The position numbers and the translations under genes were made by a program. A stretch of DNA of 61,890 nucleotides from contig NC_057756.1 of the NCBI RefSeq assembly GCF_004010195.1, forward strand, positions 1,557,476 through 1,619,365, written 5' to 3'. This stretch comes from Chiloscyllium plagiosum (taxonomy: Eukaryota). The notes under the pieces are model-generated. The model had not been told where the DNA came from and did not search any database. It worked only from the letters and a program-made list of their open reading frames with translations. Below are positions 38,190 through 51,443 of the stretch, piece after piece (positions within the stretch are counted from its first letter, which is position 1; each line of letters opens with the position of its first letter).

Positions 38190-40114
38190 ACTAGTTGATT
38201 GATTCGGTGCAGCTCTGATCTCAAAAAGTATAAATGGAACGCCTGTATCCCAACATCTGGATAATCATGACCATAAACCTTCAACATTGTCTCTAGGTTT
38301 CGTGCCATCTCTCCAAAACACCCTGCAATTCCGAATGTTATGCAGTAGATTTGTTTTACTTTATTCCCATGTTATCCATAAGCACCTTGTATAGTTTGAT
38401 TGTGAAGATTGATGCTTTTTCTGACTAGATCTTTATTTGTATACCGTATCTAGTTAAAAAAAAATTAAATTGTTCTCCAAACCTTTTGTCTGTGATTTTC
38501 CATAATGGGATTATCTTTGGAAATCTAGGCGGATCATCTGTTATCGCTAATAAATAGTTATTCCACTTTTTGTTTGAGAAAGGGGATCTGTGTAATCAAG
38601 CCTAACTTTAGAGAATTGAGCACGTTTTGTTTCACAATGAACTCCTGTTACAAATAGCTTCTCTGACGGTTGTCCCTCAGGAGTACATATCTCCTCATCC
38701 TTTAGTATCAAAGACTGAGACGATCCTCAATTCCTGAACATTGTAACCTCCTTGCATGCTACTGCTGGCCTATGTGAATAAACTTTAACCTTGTATGTAT
38801 ATTTTTCAAGCAGATCTGGCACTTCTTCCTTAATCAGCCTCTGATAATCTTGTACACTCTGGGGCGGATCTCTAAATTCCCTGATGCTCTACTAAAATAC
38901 AAATTAAAACAAAATTCCCAGGCTTGTTGGTTTTCGTACCTCTGGCTTTCTAGTCGCCCACTGACACAGTGATTTTGTGTGTCCCACTTTTTTTAATGGA
39001 AACACTAGAGCTTTTAACTTCTTTGTCTCTATTTTTTTCCCACTGTAGTAAGTTATACTTATGGTCTTCAGTGAGATCTACCTTTCCCTTTCCACGTGAG
39101 GATTTCTGTTTGCCACATTTTCTATCCCTCATGGAGTGAAATAGATGCTGCACACCAAACCGGGTTTTGTGGACCAACTCATTGTCATCATCGTGTGAGC
39201 TGCTAACCTTGCTGTTTTAGCACTCAATTTTTACAAATGAGTTCGGACTACTTCAGGCAGTGAATTTTTGAATTATTCCAAAATAATTCCCACTCTAGGG
39301 GCGTCATAGGTTTTGGTTGACTATTAAGTGTCTAATCCCTCTATCGAAACTTCTCTATGTGATCCTTTCAATCTCAATTCAGATTTGACCTAGATCCCTC
39401 AGAAGATTCCAGAAACATTGTCAATTGGCTTCTGTTATAAGTTCATATGCACTTAAAATGACTTATTTTCACCTCCTATACTCGGCAGGTCTCCTCCGAT
39501 CGTGTTGCAAATACCTCACGAGCCATTTTGTTTTTGATTGCATCAACAAAACACAGATTGCCACTGGCCACTGCATTGATTTAGCCAGCTTTTCAAAAGC
39601 GATGAGAAAGGCTTCCACTTCCTCTCATCAAATTTAGGCAATGCTTCAACATACTCAAATATTTTCTCAGTGGGCTTCTGACTACCTGGGGCTTTCTCCT
39701 CCTCACTCGCTTCCTGATGAAGCCTACACTCAGTCTTTGTCTCCAGATGTTTAAGATGAATTTCCTTTTTAAGTGTCAGTTTTTGAAGTTCAAAAGCTCT
39801 TTCTCATTCTTTCTCTTCTGCAGCTCTATTTTTTCCTTTTCTGCTTTTGATCGCAACTCAGAATGTTTTATTTCTGCTGGCCTTTCCCAGTCTCTCGTTT
39901 CTAACTCAATCCGCTACATTTGCAATAGAATTCTTGCCATCTATATGGATTCTGATGTTTTCTCCAGCAAGCTTATATTCGGGGCTACTGCTGTAAGTAT
40001 TTACGCTTTACTGACAGAAGCAGGCAGTTCAAGGTCCAGTTGGTCTGATATGTCCCATAGCTCGGTCTTGTTCATTTTTTGGCAAAAACTTCCAAAGTCA
40101 ATGCATCCACTCCG
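38190..40114 (-). mobile_element. Ty3/Gypsy LTR-retrotransposon relic (gag, protease start, integrase core), internally deleted
   Basis: gag PKFDE..VEAFLIAFEKLAKSMQWP (~39560-39640); protease FRN*GSSQSLILKDEEICTPE (~38680-38750); integrase KSGNNYLL...RFP..IPL..TRYG...HSELQGVLERWH (~38290-38570). Confidence 0.85.
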
Positions 40115-41188
40115 NNNNNNNNNNNNNNNNNNNNNNNNNNNNNNNNNNNNNNNNNNNNNNNNNNNNNNNNNNNNNNNNNNNNNNNNNNNNNNNNNNNNNN
40201 NNNNNNNNNNNNNNNNNNNNNNNNNNNNNNNNNNNNNNNNNNNNNNNNNNNNNNNNNNNNNNNNNNNNNNNNNNNNNNNNNNNNNNNNNNNNNNNNNNNN
40301 NNNNNNNNNNNNNNNNNNNNNNNNNNNNNNNNNNNNNNNNNNNNNNNNNNNNNNNNNNNNNNNNNNNNNNNNNNNNNNNNNNNNNNNNNNNNNNNNNNNN
40401 NNNNNNNNNNNNNNNNNNNNNNNNNNNNNNNNNNNNNNNNNNNNNNNNNNNNNNNNNNNNNNNNNNNNNNNNNNNNNNNNNNNNNNNNNNNNNNNNNNNN
40501 NNNNNNNNNNNNNNNNNNNNNNNNNNNNNNNNNNNNNNNNNNNNNNNNNNNNNNNNNNNNNNNNNNNNNNNNNNNNNNNNNNNNNNNNNNNNNNNNNNNN
40601 NNNNNNNNNNNNNNCCAGCAGCACATCGGGATGGGAGCCTGGGACACACAGGGGGCTCCCACCCCCGGATTGATTCGGGGGAAGGGAGGGGAGAACCGGG
40701 AGCTGGTTGGGAGATGCCGAGCGGAGCAGGAACTGGGCCCGGAACTTGGAGTGAGCGGGCTGGGGGGGAAGGGGGAGGCCTTTCTCGGGCTCTGTGTGTG
40801 TGGGGGAGGGGGCTGCTGGGGGAGACAGAGCGGGAAGGAGCTGCTGTGGGACATTCCTGTGGTTTGCAATCCTCTGAACACTGATGGCAATTCATTGTTT
40901 GGCTCCTGTTTCAGGCTGTCTGTTGATATTGGGCAGTGAATAATGGATGCACAGACTATAATTGTGTGACAATCCCAGAAAGGACACGTACCAGACTCAA
41001 CAGATTCAAAGTTTCGAGTGAAACATTAGAAAAAGCGCCTCTTCTTCCCTTCAGTTTGTGTATTGGCAACTTGATATTGATGTATGTCACCATTGCAGCT
41101 GCTTCAGTCATGGAGGTGTACTGATGTTAGTTTCTGGATCTCACCCAATCGTTAAAAAAATGGAAAGAAAAGGAGATGAGGAGCCACT

Positions 41189-42720
41189 CAGGGCAAGAGT
41201 GAAATCAAAAGCTGGTTCTGTTCGAATTGCTGAGTTTTAAAAATCCTAATGATTATTAACTGAATGCCACACTGATCAGTTTGATCTTGCCTAACTTGGC
41301 TTATGGCTGATTTACAGCTGAAAAATTTTCTGTCTCCCTCCAAGCAAGTATTCGAAGGACCAAGACAATGTAATATTCCCTCTCTACAAAGCCATGTGTG
41401 ACCAGCTACTTCCACCAAACACGAGGTATGTTACCACTGTCAATGCGGAAAACATCCTTTCCACAATCACAGAGCAGATTGAATCAGACTTCGTTTGAGT
41501 TCAATTTCCAGAGATTTATCCAACAAATAGTCAGACACAACTGTGGAAAGACAAGTTTTTTTTTTCTCTCTCCATTCTCCATAGATGTCTTCCCAGTTCC
41601 AATTAATATCATTCATAAGGCATTAACATTCACACCATGTTTGAAGTGTTATAGGCTGACTCCTTGTCTAAAGTACACAGTTGGGAACTAAATCAAGATT
41701 ACACTTAAAGACATTTTAAATATCACAAACCAGATAGACAATTACATCATGCTGCTACATTGTTTCGACAGCCATATGTGATAATTATTGACTCATTACT
41801 GAGCACACACACATACACAAAGGAACTGACTGAATCCCAGATGCACTCAATGTATCGACACACAAAATACAACGACTAACAACAATGTACATCCATGTAC
41901 ACTGTAGGAAACAGAAATGGTTAAAAACATAAAAGAAAAAGACATCAGGAGCAACTCGGGGCAAGAGTGGAATCAAAACCTGGTACTGTTCGAATTAATT
42001 GCTGGGTTTAAAAAACCCTAATGATTATTAACCGATTGCTGCATTGATTAGTGTGATCTTGCCTAATTCAACTTACATTATCTTACAGCTGAAAATTCGT
42101 GAGTTCCTCCAAGCAAATACTCGATGGACCAAGACAATGTAATATTCCCTCGGTGCAAAACCAAGCGTAACCAGCTGCTTCAAACAAACACCAGGTATGT
42201 TACCACCGTCAAAGCAGAGAACATGCTTTCCATGGTCACAGAGCAGATTGAATCAGATTTAAATTGAGCTCAATCTCTGGAGATGTACCCAAACAAATGA
42301 ACAATTAGCCGAGGGAAGACAAGTTTGCTCTTTTTCTTCATTCTCAATAGATATCTGCTCAGTTCCAATTAATATCATTCATAGCCCATTAACATTCACA
42401 TCATGGTAGAAGTGTTATAGGCTGACTCCTTACCTAAAGTACAGAATTGGGAACTAAATTAAGATTTCATTTAATAAGGGCATTTTCAATGTCACAAGCC
42501 AGATGAACAAAGAGAGTGTGCTGTTACATAGTGACAAGTAGTGTCACTGATAGGTAGTGAATCACTACTGAGTACACACATACACATGTACACAAAGGTA
42601 CTGACCGATGCAGATTGAGTTAAAAATGCACTCCCTGTATCGACACACAAGGTACAAAGACTGACAGCGACATGTTTTTATATACACCGCAGGTACCAGA
42701 AGCAGATACATACAAAATAT
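41189..42720 (+). repeat. Direct tandem duplication, two diverged copies of ~770 bp
   Basis: GGGCAAGAGTG(A/G)AATCAAAA starts at ~41191 and ~41959; colinear throughout. Confidence 0.9.
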
Positions 42721-43699
42721 TTATGGCTCACAGGAGTCCACAGTACACAAAAAGACACCTGAGCCTATCAAGTCAATACCAGACAAAACCAAAGTTAAAA
42801 ATTATTTGGAAACACTAGCTTTTGGAGCACTGCTCCTTCATCAGACACCTCCAAATTGAGACAAAACCAAGTACCAGACAATTCTAATCCAATTCAACAA
42901 GCATTCAATTTCAATAGATATGTCAAGGCAGCACAAGAGCTGCCAACCCAACTTTTATCACAACATCATTCTGAAATTGTTCATCTTTCTGGAATAGAAA
43001 CCATGTTTTCCCTCTGCCCAGCAGTACGTTTTTGTTAAAAATAATTGTGTGACTTTGTTTCCAAATTCACTTCAATTTTCAACAAAAAGTCCCACTTGAC
43101 CCTCCCTATGAGATATTACAAAAAAGCAAGAAAATATACTGCCGCTTTTCTTCAAATTAACCATAGAATCAAATAATCACTTTTTTAAGCCAGTGAAAAA
43201 AAGATCAATTTAATCAAATCATGTAACTTGTAAATTTTCTCTTTTTTTTGCAAGAAGAGTTCAATCATGTTCAATAAATTTGCCTTGATAGTTTAAATCT
43301 TCTCCACTGTTTATAGAAAGTGCAAGTCCTTTTGCTTTCCTCATCCCCACATAGAGCATCAGAAAAATACTGCTGATGGCTTGCACCATCACACTACAGA
43401 TCAGAGCTATATAATATTCATGATAGAATAATGAAATGAATTAGCTAATTCTCTTTCCTGTAGAAGGAACATTGTGGTCAGTCAGCTGCAAAGTTCATTG
43501 CCCTTTCCCTTAGGTGTTACGTTCTTTTGTTAGTATCTGTCAATTTCTCAGCATTATTCATAAATGGATATAACTATGCACTGAGAAAGGCCGAAAGCAT
43601 TCTGAAGAACAGCCCTTGCTATCATTCCTCTCAGTTTGACTCTACGCTGTAGTAGTTACAAAGCCCCTTTGCTTTTCCATGACACAAAACAAATGCATG

Positions 43700-45110
43700 G
43701 AGCCAGAACTGACAGGTACAGATTGATAACTGCACTCACACTTTCACAGAGCAGAAAAAGACAGGCATGGATCAATAACTAAATTCACAGATTCACAAAG
43801 CAGAAGCTGGTATATACAGATTGAAAACTATACTTATATATTCTCAGAGCAGAAATGAACAGAGAAAGATTGATCACTATACAGTCAGTCACACTGCACA
43901 GATTGCTAATGACACTCACTAACACATACAGTAGAAATTGGTAACTGTATTTGCATATTTACATTCCAAAAATGGCTAAGCAAATGCACATACTCACAAC
44001 ACAGAAGCTGATAGGGAAAGATTGATAAATGCACTCACATATTCACATAGCAGAGACTGACAGGACAGATTAATAACTGTACACTCAAATACACAGAGCT
44101 GAAACTGACAGGGACAGATTGGCACATACACTCAGACATTGACAGAGTAGTTACTGACAGATTTCTTATCAAACTTGCTCTATCACATCCAAATAGGAGA
44201 AACTGACAGGAACAGATTAATGATAATATTCTCAGTTTCATTTTGCATAAACTGACAGGTACAGTTTGATAACTAATCTCACAGTTTCACAGAGCAGAAT
44301 CTGACAGGTGCAGATTGATAACTATATTCAGATTGACAAGCAAAAACCAACAGGTATAGCATCGTAACTATATTGACACGTTCACCATTAGAAACTCAAG
44401 ATGTAGGTGCATAACAACACTCATTCATTTGGCAGAAGCAGAGCTACAGCTTGATAACTACAGTTGCCCATTCACATTGCAGTAACTGACAGGGACAGAT
44501 TGATGATACTCACATATTCACATGACAGAAACTGACAAGTACAGATTTGTTAACTACAGTCACACATTTGTATTGCAATAACTGACAGGGACCCTCCTTA
44601 TAAAATATTACAAACAAGCAGGAAAACAACGTCATTTGTTCAAATTATCAAGATAGCTTCCCACAGTATCCTGGGATATATTTGATCAGGTCCCGGAGAT
44701 TTAGTCACTTTTTATATTTTTTTAAATCTCCAGAGCCACCTCTTCTGTCATGTGGACTGTTTTGAAGACATCACTCTTTATTTCTCCAAATTCCCTAGTC
44801 TCCACAGGGACAGAATGATAACTAAACTCATATGTTCAAATAGGAGAAAATTACAGGGAGCGAATGGTAATTACACACATTCACAAACCAAAAACTGCCA
44901 ACTGCAGATTAATAGCTACATTTTCAGTTTACAGAGCAGAAACGGAGGGGACAGCATGATAACTGCTCTCACATATTCACAGAGTAGAATCTAACAGGTA
45001 CATATTCATAACAAAACTCATACATTCACCTTGTGGAAACTGCCAGGTATGGATTAATAACTGCACTCATATTCACAAAGCAGAAACTAACAGGAGCAAT
45101 TTGATAACTT
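43700..45110 (+). repeat. Degenerate minisatellite, ~50-nt unit
   Basis: Recurrent CACATATTCACAGAGCAGAAACTGACAGG(G/T)ACAGATTGATAACT; interrupted at ~44595-44800. Confidence 0.85.
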
Positions 45111-45800
45111 TGTTTATTCATTCCAGGATGAAGGAATCACTGGCCAAGCAAGCATTTATTGCCTACCCCTAATTGGGCAGTTAAGAGTCAACCACATTGC
45201 TGTGGATCAGGATTACATGTTGGAGAGACCGAGTGAGGATGGCAGACTCCTTCCCTAAAGGGCATTTGTGAACCACATGGGTTTTTCCAACAATTGACAA
45301 TGGATTCACTGTCATCATTGGACTCTTACTTCCAGATTTTACTGATATCAAATTATGCAATCTGCCGTAGCAGGATTTGAACCTGGTCTGGTCTGCAGAA
45401 TATTACCTATGTCTCTGATTCAATCCAAGTGAAGGGCTTATGCCCAAAACCTCAATTCTCCTGCTTCTCGCATGCTGCCTGACCTGCTGTGACTTTCCAG
45501 CACCACACGTTTCGACTCTGAATTAACAGTCTAGCGATAATCCCACTCGGGCAGAGCCCCTATTTGCCCAGAGGACAGGTCAGTGCCTACCACATTGCTG
45601 TGGGAGTGCAATCGCATGTCAGCCAGAACAGGAAAGGATGGCAGATTTTGTTTCCTAAAGGACATTAGAGGAGCATATTTATTTTTCCCTGAGAACTGGC
45701 ATTAAACACTTATTTTCAAGTTATTCTTGAATTAAAATTCCACTATCTGCCATGATGGGAGTTTGTCCCTGGTCCACAGAACATTACCTGGTTCTTGAGA
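45110..45800 (-). mobile_element. Two SacSINE1/DeuSINE-like copies with an inserted hammerhead-type short repeat
   Basis: GCATTTATTGCC..CCCTAATTG..CACATTGCTGTGG body occurs twice; 45428-45520 matches 3345-3440. Confidence 0.6.
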
Positions 45801-45994
45801 CTGTTGCCTTCCCTATTTAGATTCACTCTAAGGGCATGCAGGTGGGGGGACAGTTCATGGCAGTGAGTTAATGGGGGTTGGGGTAGATGTCACCTCATAA
45901 ACATTGACAGAAAGATGGATGCACCCCCACCTCCCCGACAGTGCTGGCGGGGGTAAAATTGGGGGTATTGTGGGGTGCAGGGCAATGGACGGGT

Positions 45995-46205
45995 GCCCAA
46001 CCCACAATGCACGGCGCATGTGAAAACTCCCCATTCCTCAAAACGTTTGGGGGGGGGGAGGGGTGATAAGAGGTGGCGGGTGCGCAGGCGTGACGCCATT
46101 GTGGCCGTGAGGTGGACAAGTGCGCAGGTGCAGTGCCCGTGGGATTGAGTGCGCGCGCAGGTGCGTTGCCGGCTGGGAAGCAGCGCCTGCGCATTGAGGA
46201 GACCC
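45995..46205. promoter_or_regulatory. CpG-rich promoter-like element
   Basis: Four NRF1-like motifs (TGCGCAGGCGT, TGCGCAGGTGCA, GCGCAGGTGCG, GCGCCTGCGCA) and a ZNF143/Staf-like CCCACAATGCACGGCG at ~46001. Confidence 0.65.
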
Positions 46206-46404
46206 AACTAAAGGAGGCCTTAAGGCACAGAAACAGGTCAGAGAAAGACTTAAAAACATAATAATTGCAAATATATATATTTTTTAATATGTAATCTAAC
46301 ACAGAGATAGGTAGGTGCAGATTTCAGGGATCAGAGAGATTGTAGAAAAAAATATATAATGAAAATGCCATTTGAATCTACCATCTAACAGAGGAAAGGG
46401 ATCA

Positions 46405-46785
46405 CACATATGACACCACTGCCCCAGTGTGAGGGTGGGGGTCTGCTATCAGTGTGACACCACTGCCCCAGTGTGGGTGGGGGGACTGCTATCAGTGTGA
46501 CACCACTGCCCCATGTGAGGGAGGGGGGGGACTGCTATCAGTGTGACACCACTGCCCCATGTGAAGGGGGGGACTGCTATCAATGTGACACCACTGCCCC
46601 AGTGGGGGGGACAGCTATCAGTGTGACACCATTGTTCCAGTGTGACACCATTGTTCCAGTGTGAAGAGGGACTGCTATCATTGTGACACCACTGCCCCAG
46701 GGTGAAGGGGGAGCAGTGGCAGTGTTATACCACTGCCCCAATGTGAAACTGGATTGTTATTATTGTGCCACCACCCCCCCAGTAT
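46405..46785 (+). repeat. Minisatellite, ~42-nt unit
   Basis: GACTGCTATCAGTGTGACACCACTGCCCCA(G)TGTG(A)GGGG repeats. Confidence 0.9.
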
Positions 46786-46848
46786 GGAGTGGTCCAGGAT
46801 ATTTCCATGTTTTCTTGTTTAACTACCATCTCTCTATTCTTCTGTGTG

Positions 46849-46880
<32 letters not shown>

Positions 46881-46882
46881 AG

Positions 46883-47071
46883 GCACCAAGCTGTCACAGA
46901 AGGGACGTCTATGCGGGGAAAACCGACAGGAGGCACTTGAGAAGTAGTGGGTGGGGTGAGGGCTACACCGGGTGCACAGGAAAAGTCTTTGCCTCTTCTG
47001 AGTCTCTCCACCTCCTTCCCCCACCCTCTGCTCTTTTGAGACGTCTGACACTACACTCCGTGGGATGGCAG
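46883..47071 (+). CDS. Probable upstream exon of the ZNF gene (5'UTR + ATG GCA G, coding 47065-47071)
   Basis: (CT)n-tag acceptor; gggATGG Kozak context; CAG|gtaggt donor; phase 1 matches the acceptor at 52929. Confidence 0.65.
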
Positions 47072-48420
47072 GTAGGTTTAGGAGGAGAGACCATGCCTGT
47101 GTGAGGCAGGTGGGAATGATCCAAACAGAGAATAGCCTCAGACCACTCAGTCCTCTCTCCTTCCTTCGTCAGACTGCTAGCCTGTTTGTGTATGCCATAT
47201 GCTCGCTACTCTCATTTCCCCCTCACCTCTGCCTCCACCTCCTGTTCCATCGTATCCCCATCTCGTTCTCTTAAACTCCTGGGAATGTGATCCCAAATTT
47301 TCACAATCCCATCCGAGGTGAGGCAAATCTTTCTGTCCCAGGAGTTGGGATCAAGGTGGGTTTTGGGGGGGAGCGGGTGCGTCAATCTACAGGCTGGTTA
47401 CCTGTGCAGTGCCGTAGGGATCAGTGCTGGGGCTACAGTTGTTTCCAACATCTATTCAGGACTTGGACAAGGAGAGTGAGTGTGGATGACATACTAAAAT
47501 AGACCGAAAGGCAAGCAGTGAAGATGACACACATGAGTTTGCTGAGGGACATTGGAAGCAAAAAAACATAGAAATTCAGAGAGAAAACACTCAGGTTTGG
47601 AAGCATCCTTGGAGTGGGAACAGGGTATTTTTTTTCTCTCTGGGAGAGATATCCCGGGGAGTATGTCTGGGGAAATTATTTGTGTGGAATCCCAGTAGTC
47701 AGTGGAAAATTTTAAGGAGATCTCAGATATCTGTAAAAATGATAAGGTTGTAATGGTAGGGGATTTTAAATTTCCAAACATAGGCTGGGACTGCCATAAT
47801 GTTAAGGGCTTGGATGGAGAGGAATTTGTTAATATACTCGAGAAAATGTTCTTATTCAGTATGTGGGTGTACCTATGAGACAAGGAGTGAAACTTGACCT
47901 TCTCACGGGAAATAAGGCAGGGCAAGTGACTGAGGAGTCAGCGAGCAGAACACTTTGGGGGCAGTGATCTGAATTCTATTAGTTTAAATATAGTTATGGA
48001 GAAAGATAGACCTGATCTAAAAGTTAAAGTTCTAAGTTGGAGGACGGCCAATTTTGACGGTATTAGGCAAGAACTTTCAAAAGTTGGTTGGGAGAGACTA
48101 TTCACAGGTGAAGGGAAGTAGGGAAGTGGGAAAGTGGGAAGCCTTCAAAAATGAGATAAGAGGCCAGAGGCAGTATGTTCCTGTTGGTGTGAAGAGCAAG
48201 GCTGGTAGTTACAGGGAATGCTGTATGACGAGAGAAACTGAGGCTCTGATCAATAAAAAGGAGGTGTATGGCAGGTATAGAGAGCTGAGATTGGGTGAAT
48301 ACCTCCAGGAGTATAAGGGCAGTAGGAGTATATTCGAGGGAAATCAGGAGGGCAAAAAGGACATGTGAGATAGCTTTGGCAAATAGGGTTAAGGAAAATC
48401 AATGGGGTTCTACAAATACC

Positions 48421-48702
48421 TGATTGATTAGATTCCCTACAGTGTGGAAACAGGTCCAGACCACACCGACCCTCCGAAGAGTAACCCTCCCAGACCCATT
48501 TCCCTTTGAATTTAGCATGGCCAATTCACCTGGCCTGCACATTTTTGGACTGCGGGAGGAAACCGGAGCACCCAGAGGAAACCCACGCAGACACAGGGAG
48601 AACATGCAAACTCAACACAGTCAGTCACCCGAGGCTGGAATCGAACCTGTGCTTCTGGTGCTGTGAGGCTGCAGTGCTAACCACTGAGCCACCGTGCCGC
48701 CC
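48421..48702 (-). mobile_element. HE1-type SINE inserted in CR1
   Basis: Minus strand begins GGGCGGCACGGTGGCTCAGTGGTTAGCACTGC; host reads through as GFYKY|IKDK. Confidence 0.9.
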
Positions 48703-49185
48703 ATAATATATTAAGGACAAAAGTGTAACTTGGAAGAGAATAGGGCCCCATAAAGAACAACAAATCCATCCATGTGTGGAACCACTGGAAATGGGTTGAG
48801 ATACTAAATGAGTATTTTGCATCAGTATTTACTGTGGAGAAGGATATGGAAGCTAGAGAACTTGGGGAAACAGTGATATTTTGAAAAGTGTCCATCTTAC
48901 AGAAGAAGAGGAGGTGCTGGAGGTCTTAAAATCCAGAAAGGTGGATAAATCCCTGGGTCAGGTGTACCCTAGAACTCTGTGGGAAACTAGTGAAGTGATT
49001 GCTGAGCCCCTTGCTGAGATAGTGTATCATTGATAGTCACAGGTGAGGTGCTGGAAGACTGGAGGTTGGCTAACATGGTGCCACTAATTAAGAAAGGTGG
49101 TAAGGAAAAGCCAGGGAACTATAGACCAGTCAGCCTAATATCAGGTCGGTAAGTTGTTGGAGCGAATTCTGAGGGATAGGGTGTA

Positions 49186-49661
49186 CAGGGGAACCTCGAT
49201 TATTCAAACAAGATGGGCAGGTGGTATTTCCTTTGGATAATTGATTATTCGGTTAACTGATTCAATGCCACTCCTCTAGGGCTCGGAGTTTGCTGAAGTT
49301 TCCTTTTTCCTCTGTCGCAGGGTTTGTTTCTGAGCAGACACACACTTTGTGTATAAGGGATCTGCAGCATTGCTGAAGCCCCTTGTATAGAACTCCCAGG
49401 GAAAGTGTGGAGAGAGAGAGAGAGAGAGAGATAGGGCTGGCGATCAGACATTTAGAGACAGTGCCTGGGCTCCCATCGATGTCCAGGACTGTTCTCAGCC
49501 GTATTTCAGTAAGCCGAATTTATTTTTAATCATTGTAAACAAGAGAAACCATCAGTGTTGGAAACACCACTTTGATGTAATGTTTCTATCGGGACCATGA
49601 GACCTTCTTTGAATAATCCGAAATTCAGATAATTGATGTTCAGATAATCGAGGTTCCTCTG
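49186..49661. mobile_element. Non-autonomous Tc1/mariner-superfamily (pogo/Tigger-like) DNA transposon
   Basis: TA|CAGGGGAACCTCGATTAT ... ATAATCGAGGTTCCTCTG|TA: terminal inverted repeats with TA duplication; no ORF. Confidence 0.9.
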
Positions 49662-50444
49662 TACGTATATTTGGAAAGTTAAGGACTGATTAGGGATCAT
49701 CAACATGGCTTTGTGGATGGGAAATCATGTCTCACTAACTTGATTGAGTGTTTTAAAAAAGTGAAAAAGAGGATTGATGAGGGCAGAGTGCTGGAGGTTG
49801 TCTGTATGGACTTCAGTAATGTGTTCGATAAGGTTCCACGTGGTAAACTGGTTGGCAAGAATACATCACATGGAATACAGGGAGAGCTAGCCATTTGGAT
49901 GCAGAACTGGCTCAAAGGCAGGGGACAGAGGGTGATAGTGGAGGGATGCTTTTCATACTGGAGGCCTGGGTCCACTGTTTTTGTCAATTGTATAAATGAT
50001 TTGGGTGTGAACATAGGAGGTATGGTTAGTAAGTTTGCAGATGACACCAAAATTGGAGGTGTAGTGGACAGCAAAGAAGGTTACCTCAGAGTACACCGGG
50101 GACCTTGATCAAATGGGCCGAGCTGGCGTTTAATTTAGATAAATATGAGGTGCTGCATTTTGGAAAGGTAAATCAGGACAGGGCTTTTTCCACTTAATGG
50201 GAAGGTCCTGGGGAATGTAGCTGAACAAAGAGACCTTTTAGTGCAGGTTCATAGTTTCTTGAAAGTGCAGTCTTGAGTAGACAGGGTGGTGAAAAAGGCG
50301 TTTGGTATGCATTCCTTTATAGGTCAGTGCATTGAGTACAGAAGTTGGGAAGTCATGTTGAGGCTGTACAGGACATTGGTTAGGCCACTTTTGGAATACT
50401 GCATGCAATTCTGGTCTCCCTGCTATAGCAAAGATGTTGTTAAA

Positions 50445-51443
50445 TCAGGCAATCATTGACTAGTGGTGTGCCTCAGGGATCGGTTTTGGGACCACAGTTA
50501 CTTACAATTTATATAGATGATTTGGACCATGTGTACAGTGTCAACTTTGCTGATGACACTAAGATGAGTGGCACAGCAAAGTGTGCAGAGGACTGTGAAA
50601 CTTTGCAGAGGAACATAAATGCTTTAAATGAGTGGGTAAAGATCTGGCAGATGGAATACAATGTGAGTAAATGTAAAGTCATACATTTTGGTAGGAATAA
50701 CAGCAAACTAGATTATTACTTGAATGGTACAAAGTTGCAGCATGCTGATTTGCGGAGGGACGTGAGCGCATGAAGATACAAGAAGTAATTAGGAAGGCAA
50801 ATGGAATTTTGTCCTTCATTGTTAAAGGGGTTGAGTTTAAAAGCTGGGAGAATGTTACAGCTGTACAAGGTACTGGTGAGGCCGCACCTGGAGTACTGCG
50901 TGCAGTTTTGGTCTTCTTACTTGAGAAAGGATGTACTGGCATGGGAGGGGGTGCAGAGGAGGTTCACTGGGTTGATTCCAGAGCCCAGAAGGGTTGGTTT
51001 ATGAGGAGAGGCTGAGTAGATTGGGCTTATATTCATTGGAATTCTTATATTCATTGGAATGAGGGGGTATCTTAAAGAAACATATAAAATTATGAAGGGA
51101 GTCAATAAAATAGAATTGATAGGTGTTTCCACTGGTAGGTGAAACTCGGACAAGAGGGCACGGCCTCGAGGTTAGAGGAAGCAGGTTTAGAAGTGAACTG
51201 AGAAGGAACTTCTTCACCCAGAGGGTTGTTAATCGACAGAATTGCTTGCCCAGGGAAGTAGTTGACATTACTTCAATAATCACTTTTAAAGCTAAGGTAG
51301 ATACCTTTTTGAAAAATAAGGGAATTAAGGGAACGGTGAAAATGCGGGTAAGTGGAGCTGAGTCCATGAAAAGATCAGCCATGATCATATTGAATGGTGG
51401 AGCTGGCTCAAAGGGCCAGATGGCATACTCTTGTTCCTACTTC
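50445..51443 (+). mobile_element. 5'-truncated CR1 of a second subfamily inserted in the first
   Basis: Starts at TSGVPQGSVLGPQL, has its own 3' end, flanked by TTAAA; host resumes. Confidence 0.85.

Noticed and set aside
39717..40939. Long ORFs crossing the N-gap (also at 2099-2466 and 60165-60438)
   Set aside because: Length is an artefact of translating N runs.
41248..41322. C/D-box snoRNA-like TGATTA...CTGA in the duplicated unit
   Set aside because: Non-canonical C box, internal boxes not conserved in copy 2, no convincing terminal stem.
46405..46785. CRISPR-like appearance of regular repeats (also 52515-52890)
   Set aside because: Spacers are G- or C-runs rather than unique sequence, the context is eukaryotic and there are no cas genes; these are minisatellites.
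48670..48702. tRNA-like sequences (also ~59820-59850, 17922, 32215)
   Set aside because: They are SINE heads attached to SINE bodies; no complete cloverleaf.
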